A DNA stretch of 47,427 nucleotides from a bacterium (GTDB taxonomy: Bacteria; J088; JAWLBW01): NCBI GenBank assembly GCA_041690355.1, contig JAWLHK010000003.1:62001-109427 (forward strand). Reading direction: 5' to 3'. Below are positions 1 to 9,612 of this stretch, piece by piece (positions within the stretch are counted from its first letter, which is position 1; each line of letters begins with the position of its first letter). The translations under genes were made by a program, and so were the position numbers. Below the pieces are notes generated by a model. It saw nothing but the letters and a program-made list of their open reading frames with translations, ran no database searches and was not told the origin of the DNA.

Positions 1-1400
1 CAGACGCCGACGCAGGCGCCGGTCAGATACATCAGGCCCCCGATCATGCGCACCCAGTACAGGGGGACGATCTTGATGACGGTCTCGACGAAATCCGGAT
101 AGACGAGGCGTCCCGATTCGTCGAGCGCCCGCCACATGAGCCCCTGGGTGATGCCCGAGGCCCACATCGACATCATGTAGAAGACGATGCCCAGCGTGCC
201 GAGCCAGAAGTGGATGTTCGAGAGACGGTTACTGTAGATTTCACGGTTCCACAGCTTCGGCACCAGGTAGTAGAGCATGCCGAAGGTCATGAAGCCGTTC
301 CACCCCAGCGCGCCGCCGTGCACGTGGCCGATGATCCAGTCGGTGTAGTGCCCCAGCGAGCTGACTGATTTGATGGAGAGGAGCGGGCCTTCGAACGTCG
401 ACATGCCGTAGAAGGTCAGCCCGGCGACAAAGAACTTCAGAATCGGTTCTGTGCGCACGCGGTGCCAGGCGCCGCGCAGCGTGAGCAGACCGTTCACCAT
501 GCCGCCCCAGCTGGGCGCCCAGAGCATGACGCTGAAGACCATGCCGGTCGTCTGCGCCCATTCGGGGAGCGCGGTGTAGAGCAGATGGTGCGGACCGGCC
601 CAGATGTACATGAAGACGAGCGCCCAGAAATGAATGATCGACAGCCGGTACGAATAGACCGGACGGCCGACCGCCTTGGGCACGAAGTAGTACATCAGAC
701 CGAGAAACGGCGTCGTGAGAAAGAAGGCCACCGCATTGTGGCCGTACCACCACTGCACCAGGGCGTCCTGCGCGCCGCCGAAAATCGAGTAGGACTTGAA
801 GAGCCCGACCGGAATGGCCAGCGAGTTGATGACGTGCAGCAGGGCCACGGTCAGAATGGTCGCGATGTAGAACCAGACGGCGACGTAGATGTGCTTCTCA
901 CGCCGCCGGGCCAGCGTTCCGAAGAAGTTGACGGCAAAGACGACCCAGACCGCCGTGATGGCGAGGTCGATGGGCCACTCCAGTTCCGCATACTCCTTGC
1001 TGGTCGTGATCCCCAGCGGCAGGGTGACGGCGGCCGCCACGATGATCAGCTGCCATCCCCAGAAGTGAATGGAGCTGAGCGTCTCCGAGAATGTGCGCGC
1101 CTTCACGAGCCGCTGGGTCGAGTAGTAGATGGCCGCGAAGATGGCGTTGCCGGCGAAGGCGAAGATGGCGGCGTTCGTGTGCAGCGGCCGCAGGCGGCCG
1201 AAGGTCAGCCACGAGATCCCCAGGTTCAGCCGCCAGTCGGCAAGCTGCGAGGCGATGGTGACGCCGAGAAGAAACGCCACCAGGCCCCAGACCATCGTGG
1301 CGAGAATGAACTTCTTGACCACCCGATCGTCGTAGGTAAACGTCTCCGCCTTGTGCGGAACCGTTTTGACGTCGAGCGTGCCCTGAACGGCTTGACTCAT
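1..1400 (-). CDS. ccoN: cbb3-type cytochrome c oxidase subunit I, running off the left edge (possibly a CcoN-CcoO fusion)
   Basis: Missing from the ORF track because it has no stop in the window. Hand translation from ATG 1400 (GGAG upstream): MSQAVQ...[11 protein letters not shown]...[16 protein letters not shown]...[11 protein letters not shown]...[14 protein letters not shown]...[10 protein letters not shown]...[15 protein letters not shown]. These are the heme/CuB His motifs of CcoN. Confidence 0.97.
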   Translation of the reverse strand, partial: MSQAVQGTLDVKTVPHKAETFTYDDRVVKKFILATMVWGLVAFLLGVTIASQLADWRLNLGISWLTFGRLRPLHTNAAIFAFAGNAIFAAIYYSTQRLVKARTFSETLSSIHFWGWQLIIVAAAVTLPLGITTSKEYAELEWPIDLAITAVWVVFAVNFFGTLARRREKHIYVAVWFYIATILTVALLHVINSLAIPVGLFKSYSIFGGAQDALVQWWYGHNAVAFFLTTPFLGLMYYFVPKAVGRPVYSYRLSIIHFWALVFMYIWAGPHHLLYTALPEWAQTTGMVFSVMLWAPSWGGMVNGLLTLRGAWHRVRTEPILKFFVAGLTFYGMSTFEGPLLSIKSVSSLGHYTDWIIGHVHGGALGWNGFMTFGMLYYLVPKLWNREIYSNRLSNIHFWLGTLGIVFYMMSMWASGITQGLMWRALDESGRLVYPDFVETVIKIVPLYWVRMIGGLMYLTGACVGV

Positions 1401-1561
1401 GTGCGTTCTCCAGTCGGTTCGTGTTCGTCGTCGATCAGCATGCGGTGCGCCGGCGTCTCAAGGTCGTCCCACTGACCCGACAGCGTCGAGACGATGAAGA
1501 CGACGATGACCCCCAGCGCGAACAAGAGAGAAATCGGAAGGATGAAATAGAGTACGTTCAT
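1397..1561 (-). CDS. ccoS: cbb3 oxidase maturation protein CcoS/FixS (54 aa)
   Basis: [54 protein letters not shown]: one TM helix plus the GQ(W/F)DD..PA.R.L.DD signature. ATGA overlaps with both ccoI and ccoN. Confidence 0.93.
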   Translation of the reverse strand: MNVLYFILPISLLFALGVIVVFIVSTLSGQWDDLETPAHRMLIDDEHEPTGERT

Positions 1562-3966
1562 CGGAATGACCTCGCGCCAAGTACGGATGATCCGAGGATG
1601 GTGAAGGAGCTGAGGGGCATGAGCACGGCGGCCCCCAGCGGGCTCATGATGCCGGCAACGGCCAGCCCCGCCCCGATCAGGTTGTAAACGAGCGAAAAGA
1701 GAAGGTTGCGCCGGATGACCTGCATCGTCTCGCGCGAACCGCGCACCAGCGTGGCGATGCCTGCGAGCCCGGGGCGGGTCAGAAAGACATCGGCCGCCCG
1801 CAGGCTGATTTCCATGCCGCCGTGCACGGCGATCCCGACGGCCGCGGTGGCCAGGGCGCCGCTGTCGTTGGCCCCGTCGCCGACCATGACTGACCCGGCA
1901 TCGGCCGCAAGGCGCGCCTGCTTCGACTCGGGCGTCTCTCCGGCAAGCCGATCCTCGGCGACGATCCCCACCTGCCCGGCAATGGCCGCCACGTACGCCG
2001 CCGAGTCACCCGAAAGAATGCGGGGCCGCATGCCGGCTTCGCGCAAGCGCTCGATCATCGCGCCCGCATCGTCGCGCAGCCGGTCGCCGAGGCGAATGCG
2101 CGCCACCACACGTTCGTCTGCCAGGAGCGCGACGCCGCTCTCGACGGCGCCGTCTGTGCCGGCCGCGTCATCGCGCCGCAGGGCGTAGCAGACGCCGTCG
2201 ACCTCGCCATACACCCCTTCCCCAATCCGCTCTCCGGCGCCGGTGACGGGCACGGGCGCGCCCATCGGCGGCGAGCCCGGGGCAAGCAGATCTTCGAGCA
2301 GCGCCCGGGCTACCGGATGGTTCGACCGCCGTTCGAGCTCATACGCAATACGGCGAAGGCGCGGCTCCTCGTCCGGCTCGCTGAATTCCCAGCGCAGAAC
2401 CCGGTAGGCCCCCTGGGTCAACGTTCCCGTCTTGTCGAGGTACAGCGTGCGGGCCGCGGCCAGCTTCTCGAAGACGTCGGGCCCTTTGATGATCATGCCC
2501 AGGCGCGCGGCGCGGCCCATGCTCACGAGCATCGCAACGGGGGCCGACATCGCCAGCGCACAGGGGCAGGTGACGATGAAGAGCGCCATGACGTGGTTGA
2601 GCGCCCGGTCTGCGCCCGAGGGAATCCAGAAGAGAAATGTGGCGGCGCCGACGACCAGCACCGCGAGGGTGAACCAGCCTGCAATCCGATCGGCGACGGC
2701 CGCCGTGCGGGGGCGCCTGTGCTGCGCTTCTTCGACCATGGCCACGATCTGCCCGACGCGCGTCTCGGCCCCCGAAGCGAGCACCTCGACTTCGACGGCC
2801 GCCCCTTCGTTGACCGTTCCGCTGAACACAGGCGTGTTCTCGCCCGCTTCCTGCAGGCGGCTTTCGCCGGTGAGCACGGCAGCGTTGATCCGCGTGCGCC
2901 CGGCCACGATGCGGCCGTCGACCGGAAAGACTTCGCCCACCCTGACCTCGACCCGGTCGCCGCGCCGCACCGACTCGACCGGAACGCTGACAAAGCCGCC
3001 GGCATCGGCCGACCAGCGCCGCACCGAGGCGGGCAGCATGTTGTGCAGCACCCCCGCCCGCGCCAGGGCTGATTCCTGCGCGCGCCGCATCAGGTAGCGG
3101 CTGCCGAGCAGCAGAAAGACGAGCGTCGCCAGGGAGTCAAAGTAGACGTGCTCACGCGTGGCCGGCGCAAGCAGGTTCCAGTAGCTCACCGCAGCGCCGA
3201 TGGCGATGCCCAGCACGACCGGCACGTCGATCGACATCTTCAGGCTGCGCGCCGCGCCCCAGGCACTGCGATAAAACGGAACCGCGCTGTAGAACAGCAC
3301 CGGTAGAAACAGAATCGCACTCAGGTACGTGAAGATATCCGCCAGCTCGCCGGCGACGCCCGCATACAGGGCGATGGCCAGAAGCATGAGGTTCATGGTC
3401 ACCGTCGCCGCGACGCCGATGCGCATCAGCAGACGGCGGTTTTCGGCCTGCTGCAGCCGCGCCGCCTCGTCTTCGCGCACGGCGTGCGGCCGGTAGCCGA
3501 GACGATCGAGCTGCGCGGCGACCTGCGCGAATGATCCGGCCTCGCCCAGGCGCACCGTGGCGCGCGCGCGGCCGAGATCCAGGCGCGCATCGTCGACGCC
3601 GGGAACCATGGAGGGAAGCTTCTCGACCAGCCAGACACACGCGGCGCAATGCACCCCTTCGAGGTAGAAGTCCATCGTGCGCCCGTCGTGGCGCGCCTGC
3701 GCGGCCCGGAACGCCGGGTCGTCCAGATACCCGAAATCGACCCCCGACGGCGTAACGGGAACGGGCTTCTCGTCGCCCGAAGCGAGAAGCGCGTAGTAGG
3801 AGTCGAGGCCGTTGGCGTGAAGAATCTCCCAAGCCGCCGCGCAGCCGCCGCAGCAGAAATCGGCTTCGCTGAAAGAACGCGGCATGGCCGAGCCGCAATG
3901 AAGGCAGACACGAGAATGCGTGGAGGCCGGGAACGAAGAATTCGCTGTCAGCGTCAGGGAGCTCAT
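1558..3966 (-). CDS. ccoI: Heavy-metal (Cu) translocating P1B ATPase, CcoI/FixI type
   Basis: N-terminal CLHCG..FCCGGC domain, HMA HCAAC, TGES, CPC, DKTGT, GDGAND, YN..MPLSS. Coupled to ccoS/ccoN. Start placed at ATG 3966 because the longer TTG start lies inside the -24/-12 promoter. Confidence 0.93.
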   Translation of the reverse strand: MSSLTLTANSSFPASTHSRVCLHCGSAMPRSFSEADFCCGGCAAAWEILHANGLDSYYALLASGDEKPVPVTPSGVDFGYLDDPAFRAAQARHDGRTMDFYLEGVHCAACVWLVEKLPSMVPGVDDARLDLGRARATVRLGEAGSFAQVAAQLDRLGYRPHAVREDEAARLQQAENRRLLMRIGVAATVTMNLMLLAIALYAGVAGELADIFTYLSAILFLPVLFYSAVPFYRSAWGAARSLKMSIDVPVVLGIAIGAAVSYWNLLAPATREHVYFDSLATLVFLLLGSRYLMRRAQESALARAGVLHNMLPASVRRWSADAGGFVSVPVESVRRGDRVEVRVGEVFPVDGRIVAGRTRINAAVLTGESRLQEAGENTPVFSGTVNEGAAVEVEVLASGAETRVGQIVAMVEEAQHRRPRTAAVADRIAGWFTLAVLVVGAATFLFWIPSGADRALNHVMALFIVTCPCALAMSAPVAMLVSMGRAARLGMIIKGPDVFEKLAAARTLYLDKTGTLTQGAYRVLRWEFSEPDEEPRLRRIAYELERRSNHPVARALLEDLLAPGSPPMGAPVPVTGAGERIGEGVYGEVDGVCYALRRDDAAGTDGAVESGVALLADERVVARIRLGDRLRDDAGAMIERLREAGMRPRILSGDSAAYVAAIAGQVGIVAEDRLAGETPESKQARLAADAGSVMVGDGANDSGALATAAVGIAVHGGMEISLRAADVFLTRPGLAGIATLVRGSRETMQVIRRNLLFSLVYNLIGAGLAVAGIMSPLGAAVLMPLSSFTILGSSVLGARSFR

Positions 3967-3982
3967 GCTGCCCGCACCCGGG

Positions 3983-3998
3983 AGCACGAAGCGTGCCA
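3983..3998 (-). promoter_or_regulatory. Sigma-54 (-24/-12) promoter for ccoI-ccoS-ccoN
   Basis: Minus strand TGGCACGCTTCGTGCT; exact GG-N10-GC spacing, one mismatch to TGGCACG-N4-TTGCW. Confidence 0.75.
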
Positions 3999-4063
3999 AA
4001 GCGACGAATGCCGGGCATTTTCGCCCCGGCGCTGTAGCGGAATGACGGGCGATGCCGTGCGCA

Positions 4064-4082
4064 GTGTATCCTAACGATACAC
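4064..4082. promoter_or_regulatory. Perfect palindrome, candidate upstream activator sequence for an enhancer-binding protein
   Basis: GTGTATC-ctaac-GATACAC, about 90-110 bp upstream of the predicted sigma-54 start (about 3972). A TGTAGC half-site lies at 4033-4038. Confidence 0.65.
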
Positions 4083-4090
4083 CCGGAAGG

Positions 4091-4510
4091 TCAAACGCCG
4101 GTCGTCAATCGACTGCGCAGCAGGCGGGCCAGATCGACCATGGAGACGATGCCGAGAAGGTTCCCGTCCTCATCCACGACAGGCACGGCACTCACGTGGG
4201 CAGCCAGCATCCGGTCGATGACCTCGGCCAGCGGCTCGGCCTCGCGCGCCGTGAGGGCCGCGCGAGTCATGACGTCTTCCAACGGGAAATGCAGCGGCTC
4301 GTAGTCTCCTTCGCGTTCGTCATCGGTTCCGATGCGCGGTGACAGCCAGCGCAGGACATCCCTGTCCGAGACGATGCCCACCAGGCGCCGCCCTTCGAGA
4401 ACGGGCAGGTGGCGAAACCCATGTTTGCGGAAAAGGAAGACGGCGTCGGACACCGGCGCATCGGCGCGCACGGTGACGACGGTGCGGTTCATGACCTCGC
4501 TGACCAACAT
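4091..4510 (-). CDS. CBS-pair domain protein (AcuB-like)
   Basis: MLVSEVMNRTVVTV...FRHLPVLEGRRLVGIVSDRD...DVMT...SAVPVVDEDGNLLGIVS. ATG 4510 overlaps the upstream stop (TGATG). Confidence 0.9.
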   Translation of the reverse strand: MLVSEVMNRTVVTVRADAPVSDAVFLFRKHGFRHLPVLEGRRLVGIVSDRDVLRWLSPRIGTDDEREGDYEPLHFPLEDVMTRAALTAREAEPLAEVIDRMLAAHVSAVPVVDEDGNLLGIVSMVDLARLLRSRLTTGV

Positions 4511-5799
4511 CAGGACTCTCCTGTCGCGCGCTGATAGGCATGCAGTCCCGCACGCAGAGACTCCCGGTGGGCGGGATGCGCCACGGCGATGAGGGCCGCG
4601 GCGCGCTGCCGAAGATTTTTTCCATGAAGTTCGGCCACGCCGTACTCCGTCACCACGAAATGGACGTGCCCGCGGGTCGTCACGACGCCGCCCCCCGGCT
4701 GCAGGCAACAGACGATGCGGCTCTGGTCCCTGGCCGTAGACGGCAGCGCGATGATCGGCCGCCCGCCTGGCGACAGGGCGGCACCCCGCATGAAATCCAT
4801 CTGCCCGCCAATCCCCGAAAAAACGCGGCTGCCGATCGAATCGCTCACGACCTGGCCGGTGACGTCGACTTCGATGGCCGAGTTGATGGCCACCATGTTC
4901 GCGTTGCGCCGGATGATGTCGCCGTCGTTGACCCAGTTCGACGGATGAAACTCGACCATCGGGTTGTCGTGGACGAAATCATACAGTGTCTGGCTGCCCA
5001 CCACGAAGCTCGTGACGATCTTACGCGGGTGGTAGGTCTTGCGGGCCCCCGTGACCACCCCTCGTTCCACCAGATCGACCACGCCGTCGGAGAACATCTC
5101 GGTATGAATACCGAGATCCCGGTGGTCGCGCAGGGCCTCGAGCACGGCGTTGGGGATGCCGCCGATGCCCATCTGCAGCGTGTCGCCGTCGCGCACGAGT
5201 TCGGCGACATACTTCCCGATCCGCCGTTCGACGTCGGAAATGGGCTTGACGTGCGCCGTCGGCAGCGGACTGTCGCCATCGACCAGCGAAGTGAACCGGG
5301 AGACGTGAACGAAGGAATTCCCCAACGTCCTCGGCATCCGCCGGTTCACGAAGCCGACGAGATATTTTGCGGTTTCGGCCGCCGCGAGCGCACAGTCGAC
5401 GCTCGTCCCCAGGCTGACGTATCCATGGGCATCGGGCGGGCTCACGCTGAGCAGGGCGACGTCAATCGGCAAGACGCCCTGGCGGAACAGGAGCGGAATT
5501 TCGCTCAGGAAAACCGGCATGTAGTCGGCACGCCCGGCATTGACCGCTTCCCGCGTATTCGGTCCCAGAAACAGGGCATTCAGCCGGAAGTGTCCCTGAA
5601 ACTCCGGCCGTACGTATGGCGCGTCCCCCTCGGTGTGCAGATGGGTGATCTCGACCTTCTCGAGTTCGGGCGCGCGCCGCATGAGCGCATCGATCAGGAC
5701 ATGGGGCGTCGCCGCCGCGCCGTGAACGAAGACCCGCATGCCCGAACGGACGACGGATACGGCTTCGTCGGCCGTGGCCCATGGTATCGCGGTTGGCAT
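4510..5799 (-). CDS. Acetyl-CoA hydrolase/transferase family protein (4-hydroxybutyrate CoA-transferase-like)
   Basis: LQMGIGGIP, LGIHTEMFSDG, AINSAIEVDVTGQV, SGIGGQMDF, VVTEYGVAELHGK motifs. Start at ATG 5799. Confidence 0.93.
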   Translation of the reverse strand: MPTAIPWATADEAVSVVRSGMRVFVHGAAATPHVLIDALMRRAPELEKVEITHLHTEGDAPYVRPEFQGHFRLNALFLGPNTREAVNAGRADYMPVFLSEIPLLFRQGVLPIDVALLSVSPPDAHGYVSLGTSVDCALAAAETAKYLVGFVNRRMPRTLGNSFVHVSRFTSLVDGDSPLPTAHVKPISDVERRIGKYVAELVRDGDTLQMGIGGIPNAVLEALRDHRDLGIHTEMFSDGVVDLVERGVVTGARKTYHPRKIVTSFVVGSQTLYDFVHDNPMVEFHPSNWVNDGDIIRRNANMVAINSAIEVDVTGQVVSDSIGSRVFSGIGGQMDFMRGAALSPGGRPIIALPSTARDQSRIVCCLQPGGGVVTTRGHVHFVVTEYGVAELHGKNLRQRAAALIAVAHPAHRESLRAGLHAYQRATGES

Positions 5800-5949
5800 A
5801 CCCGTGAATGTACGGAATTCCGCTCGTCGGAGCAAGCCCCTGCGGTATCGGAGGTCGTAATACAGGCTCCCTTCCCTCCCGTTTCGGGCGGAACGGATCT
5901 TGCGACCGGTAGAGAGCGGAAGATTTCCCGGCATACAGGCCGACGCAGT

Positions 5950-5966
5950 TGTAGCGTCCCGGTACA
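5950..5966. promoter_or_regulatory. Second copy of the TGTAnC-N5-GnYACA palindrome, overlapping a TACAAT -10-like hexamer
   Basis: TGTAGC-gtccc-GGTACA in the divergent intergenic region; TACAAT at 5963-5968. Confidence 0.5.
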
Positions 5967-5989
5967 ATATGACCGAAGGAGTGCACGAA

Positions 5990-7384
5990 ATGACGACATC
6001 CCCCTGGCTCAGATTCTACGGCGCCGCCGGAACCGTTACCGGCAGCAAGACGCTGCTGTCTTCCGGCACGAACCGCGTTCTCGTCGACTGCGGGATGTTT
6101 CAGGGGATGACTTCTCTGCGACGCCAGAACTGGGCCCCCATGGGCTTCGATCTGAACCAGCTCGACGCCATTCTGATTACCCACGCGCACCTCGATCACA
6201 GCGGCTCGCTGCCGCTCGCCGGGAAACAGGGATTCCGCGGTCCCATCTACTGCACCGAAGGCACCGCAGAGCTTCTGGAGATCATGCTGCGCGACGCCGG
6301 GAAACTTCAGGAAGAAGAGGCCGGATACCGCAATAAGCGCGGCTGGTCGAAACACCAACCTGCCCTGCCCCTCTATACGATCGCCGAAGTCGAAGAAGTG
6401 CTACGCCTTCTCCATCCGGTCCCTTTTGACCGGGAGGCACGGGTGGGAAACCTCCATATCACCTTTCATCCGGCCGAACACATCATCGGTTCCGCGCATA
6501 TTCTCATCCGGGACGAAGACGCCGTCATGCCGAGCGTCCTCTTCTCGGGCGATATCGGGCGCGGCGCGACGCACATCCTGTTCGGCGAGCCCTCGCACCG
6601 GCCCGAGGCCGACGTGATCGTCATGGAAAGCACCTACGGCGATCGGAGGCACCCGGTGTTCAGCCCTTCCGAAGAGTTGCGCACGGCCTTGAAGCCGGTG
6701 CTGCGGCGCGGGGGTACCGCCTTGATACCGGCGTTCGCGGTCGGGCGCGCGCAGGAGATTCTGGCGTCGCTCGAAGAGATCTTCGCCGCCGACGGACTGC
6801 CGCGCGTCCCCGTCTATCTCGACAGCCCCATGGCGGCCTCTGCGCTTCGCATTACGCATGCCTGCCGGGACGAGTTGAGCGAAGCCGGACTGCGCCTGCT
6901 CGAGTCGGCCTGCCGACACACGAAGGTGATTCATGACGCCAACGAATCCAAAGCCCTGAATCTGGTCAACGGACCGGCCATCATCGTCTCGGCATCGGGG
7001 ATGCTCGACGGCGGGCGGATTCTGCATCACCTCATGGCCCGGGCCGACCGGCCGAACGACGCCCTGATCCTCGGCGGCTATCAGGCCCCCGGCACGCGCG
7101 GAAGACGACTGCTCGACGGAGAATCGGCCATCAAGATTTTCGGCCAGCTGATCGAACCGCGTCTCGAAATCGCCAATCTGACGGCGTTTTCGGCCCATGC
7201 CGATCAGGAGGGGCTCATCAACTGGATCGCCGAGCGAAAGCCCCCCGAACGCCTGTTTCTCAACCATGGTGAGCCCAAGGCCATGAGCGCGCTGTTGCAG
7301 GCCATTCGCACGCGCCTCGAAGACGTACCGATCGAAATCGCCAAACCGGGAGTACGCTATGATCTGGCGGTTGCACGCGCGTAA
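5990..7384 (+). CDS. Beta-CASP metallo-beta-lactamase-fold ribonuclease/hydrolase
   Basis: GAAGTVTGS, LVDCGMFQG, THAHLDHSG, HIIGSA, FSGDIG, MESTYG, FSAHAD, NHGE. AAGGAG upstream of ATG 5990. Confidence 0.93.
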   Translation: MTTSPWLRFYGAAGTVTGSKTLLSSGTNRVLVDCGMFQGMTSLRRQNWAPMGFDLNQLDAILITHAHLDHSGSLPLAGKQGFRGPIYCTEGTAELLEIMLRDAGKLQEEEAGYRNKRGWSKHQPALPLYTIAEVEEVLRLLHPVPFDREARVGNLHITFHPAEHIIGSAHILIRDEDAVMPSVLFSGDIGRGATHILFGEPSHRPEADVIVMESTYGDRRHPVFSPSEELRTALKPVLRRGGTALIPAFAVGRAQEILASLEEIFAADGLPRVPVYLDSPMAASALRITHACRDELSEAGLRLLESACRHTKVIHDANESKALNLVNGPAIIVSASGMLDGGRILHHLMARADRPNDALILGGYQAPGTRGRRLLDGESAIKIFGQLIEPRLEIANLTAFSAHADQEGLINWIAERKPPERLFLNHGEPKAMSALLQAIRTRLEDVPIEIAKPGVRYDLAVARA

Positions 7385-7760
7385 CCTCGCCTTCGTGGTC
7401 GCATTGCTTGGCGGGTGCGAACCCCGGGCCGGCTCGGCACCGCAGGCGGGCTCCGGGTCGCAGACGGCGGTCACGACCGAGGCCGGCGATGAAGTCGAGA
7501 TTCGCCTTGCGGGACGCCCGAAGAAACTCGAACCGGTCGAGATCACCGTGGTCGCGCCGGAAAACGTGGCTGCCGCGCAGGCGCATATCGACATGCCCGC
7601 CATGCCCATGCATGTGGCCCCGACCACACTGGAGCCGCAAGGAAATGGACGATTCAAGGGCATCCTGGTCTTCACCATGAGCGGCGAATGGGTTCTTCAG
7701 CTGCGCCTCTCGGACCCCAAGGGAACGACGGTGGTCGAACGCCGCTATGATATCGACTGA
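7359..7760 (+). CDS. YtkA/FixH-like lipoprotein with a Met/His-rich motif
   Basis: Lipobox LLGG-C; DMPAMPMH; GRFKGILVFTMSGEWVLQL. Overlaps both neighbours. Confidence 0.7.
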   Translation: MIWRLHARNLAFVVALLGGCEPRAGSAPQAGSGSQTAVTTEAGDEVEIRLAGRPKKLEPVEITVVAPENVAAAQAHIDMPAMPMHVAPTTLEPQGNGRFKGILVFTMSGEWVLQLRLSDPKGTTVVERRYDID

Positions 7761-8412
7761 CCTGGGGCTCTTCGCCGCATTCCTGATCGGTCTCTTCGGC
7801 AGCGTCTCGCATTGCGGAGCCATGTGTGGAGGCTTCGCCGTGGGGGTGTCGGCGACATCGCCCGACCGGACGCTGCGTCGCAAACGCACGGCAGCTTACC
7901 ACGCGGGCCGGCTGGTCACCTATACCGGCATCGGGGCATTCGCCGGCGCCGCGGGGTCGATGGTCGATCTGCTTGGCGATCAGATGCGCATGTTGCAGTC
8001 GCTCGCGCAGATCATGGGGTCCATCGTGCTCGTGCTGACGGGCATTGCTCTGCTGCTGGGCGCCACGCCGCTGAATCTGGAACGCCGCCTCCCCTTCTGG
8101 CGCATTTCGGCCCGGGCGAGCCGCTTCGCCGGGCGCGCCGGATGGCCTGCCGCTTTTCAGTTCGGACTTCTTCTCGGATTTCTCCCCTGCGGCCTCATCT
8201 ACGGCGCCGCCACCTATGCCTTCGCGACGGGCGATCCGCTTCGCGGCGCGTTCACGCTGGCGGCGTTCGGCCTCGGCACCGTGCCGGCGCTCGTCGGCAT
8301 TGCGTCGCTGGCCGGACATCTCCGGGACCTGAGCGCCTGGTTTCGCGTGGGTGCGGGGAGCGTCATGCTCCTTTCGGGCATTCTGTTTCTCTGGATCGGA
8401 TTTCCCGGTTGA
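7747..8412 (+). CDS. DsbD-like / TauE-SafE-like membrane protein of cbb3 biogenesis clusters
   Basis: GLFGSVSHCGAMCGG, YHAGRLVTYTGIG, GFLPCGLIY, FGLGTVP motifs; multiple TM helices. Confidence 0.88.
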   Translation: MISTDLGLFAAFLIGLFGSVSHCGAMCGGFAVGVSATSPDRTLRRKRTAAYHAGRLVTYTGIGAFAGAAGSMVDLLGDQMRMLQSLAQIMGSIVLVLTGIALLLGATPLNLERRLPFWRISARASRFAGRAGWPAAFQFGLLLGFLPCGLIYGAATYAFATGDPLRGAFTLAAFGLGTVPALVGIASLAGHLRDLSAWFRVGAGSVMLLSGILFLWIGFPG

Positions 8413-8434
8413 CGCCTGGCCGAATTGAGACACA

Positions 8435-8451
8435 TGTAACGATATGGCACA
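8435..8451. promoter_or_regulatory. Third copy of the TGTAnC-N5-GnYACA palindrome, upstream of the kinase/regulator pair
   Basis: TGTAAC-gatat-GGCACA. A weaker GG-N10-GC element (TGGCATGATACCGGCA) lies at 8486-8501. Confidence 0.45.
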
Positions 8452-8514
8452 CTATTCGGGATGACGAAGACAGATTCCTGCGTGCTGGCATGATACCGGC
8501 ACAGACACCGGGCC

Positions 8515-9612
8515 ATGGATGCCCGTGCAGGAAATCGACTTTTCGGTGCGGTCGTCGCCCTTCATCCGGATCCGCTGCTCGTCTGCCGGCCCGACGGTCT
8601 CATCGTCGAGGCCAATCAGGCGGCGCGGCGTTGTTTCGGTTCGGCGACGAACGTTCGCCTTGCCGTATGGCCCACCGGCGTTGCACTCTTCGACGAGGCA
8701 TGGCGGCGGGCGGCCTCGGGAGATGGAATCGTGCAGCAGGCCCTCGAGTGGAAACTGGTTGACGGCGCGCGCCTCTTCACGCAGTCGTCGCTGCTCGGCG
8801 TCGATGAGGGGGGAGAGAAGTTCGTGCTCTGCGCGCTGCGCGATGCATCGGAGTACCGCCGCCTCTTCTCCCAGCTGGTACAGGCTGAAAAACTCGCCAG
8901 CATGGGCCGCCTCGCCGGGGGGATTGCGCACCAGTTGAACACTCCCCTGGGCTCCATCCTGCTCACGGCCGAGATGCTCCTTGACGATACGCAGAGTGCC
9001 GACGCACAGCGCGACATCCAGAAGATCATCCGTCAGGTGAACCAGTGCCGGGATGTCATCCGGCAGCTGCTGCGTTTCAGCCAACCCGGCAACACTGAGG
9101 TTCACGAGAGCTGCAGCCTGACCGACATCATCGGTGAAGTTACGGACCTGCTGGCCAAGCCGCTCGAAAACCAGGGCGTACAGGTCGAACAGAACCTGCG
9201 CTGCCGGGATTGCCGTATCTTCGGCAACCATTCGATGCTGCACCAGCTTTTCATGCACCTGTTCTCGAACGCCCGTGACGCCATGCCCGACGGGGGCACG
9301 CTGCGCATCGGCAGCGAGTGCACCCCCGGCACCGTGCGCGTCACGCTGTCCGACACGGGCCAGGGCATTCCCGAAGGTCAGGAAAACAATATCTTCGATC
9401 CCTTCTTCACGACCAAGGCCGTGGGCGATGGGACGGGACTCGGGCTTTATATTTCGCGACGCATCGCGCAGGAGCACGGGGGTAATCTCGAGCTGGCCGC
9501 CACCGGGCCCGAGGGAACCTCGTTCGTGCTGACCCTGCCGCACGCGTGTGCCGTTCACACTCTTCCCTCAGGGAGCTCACCGCATGCAGCAAGCCCTCGT
9601 CCTGGTCGTTGA
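8515..9612 (+). CDS. Soluble PAS-domain sensor histidine kinase
   Basis: PAS-like N-terminus (PDPLLVC..DGLIVEANQAA); QLVQAEKLASMGRLAGGIAHQLNTPL H-box; NARDAM, DTGQGI, FDPFFTTK, GTGLGL. No TM segment. Confidence 0.92.
   Translation: MDARAGNRLFGAVVALHPDPLLVCRPDGLIVEANQAARRCFGSATNVRLAVWPTGVALFDEAWRRAASGDGIVQQALEWKLVDGARLFTQSSLLGVDEGGEKFVLCALRDASEYRRLFSQLVQAEKLASMGRLAGGIAHQLNTPLGSILLTAEMLLDDTQSADAQRDIQKIIRQVNQCRDVIRQLLRFSQPGNTEVHESCSLTDIIGEVTDLLAKPLENQGVQVEQNLRCRDCRIFGNHSMLHQLFMHLFSNARDAMPDGGTLRIGSECTPGTVRVTLSDTGQGIPEGQENNIFDPFFTTKAVGDGTGLGLYISRRIAQEHGGNLELAATGPEGTSFVLTLPHACAVHTLPSGSSPHAASPRPGR

Noticed and set aside
462-1475. 337-aa plus-strand ORF and other short ORFs at both window ends
   Set aside because: Shadows of ccoN and of the PAP2 gene, which the ORF track missed because they run off the edges.
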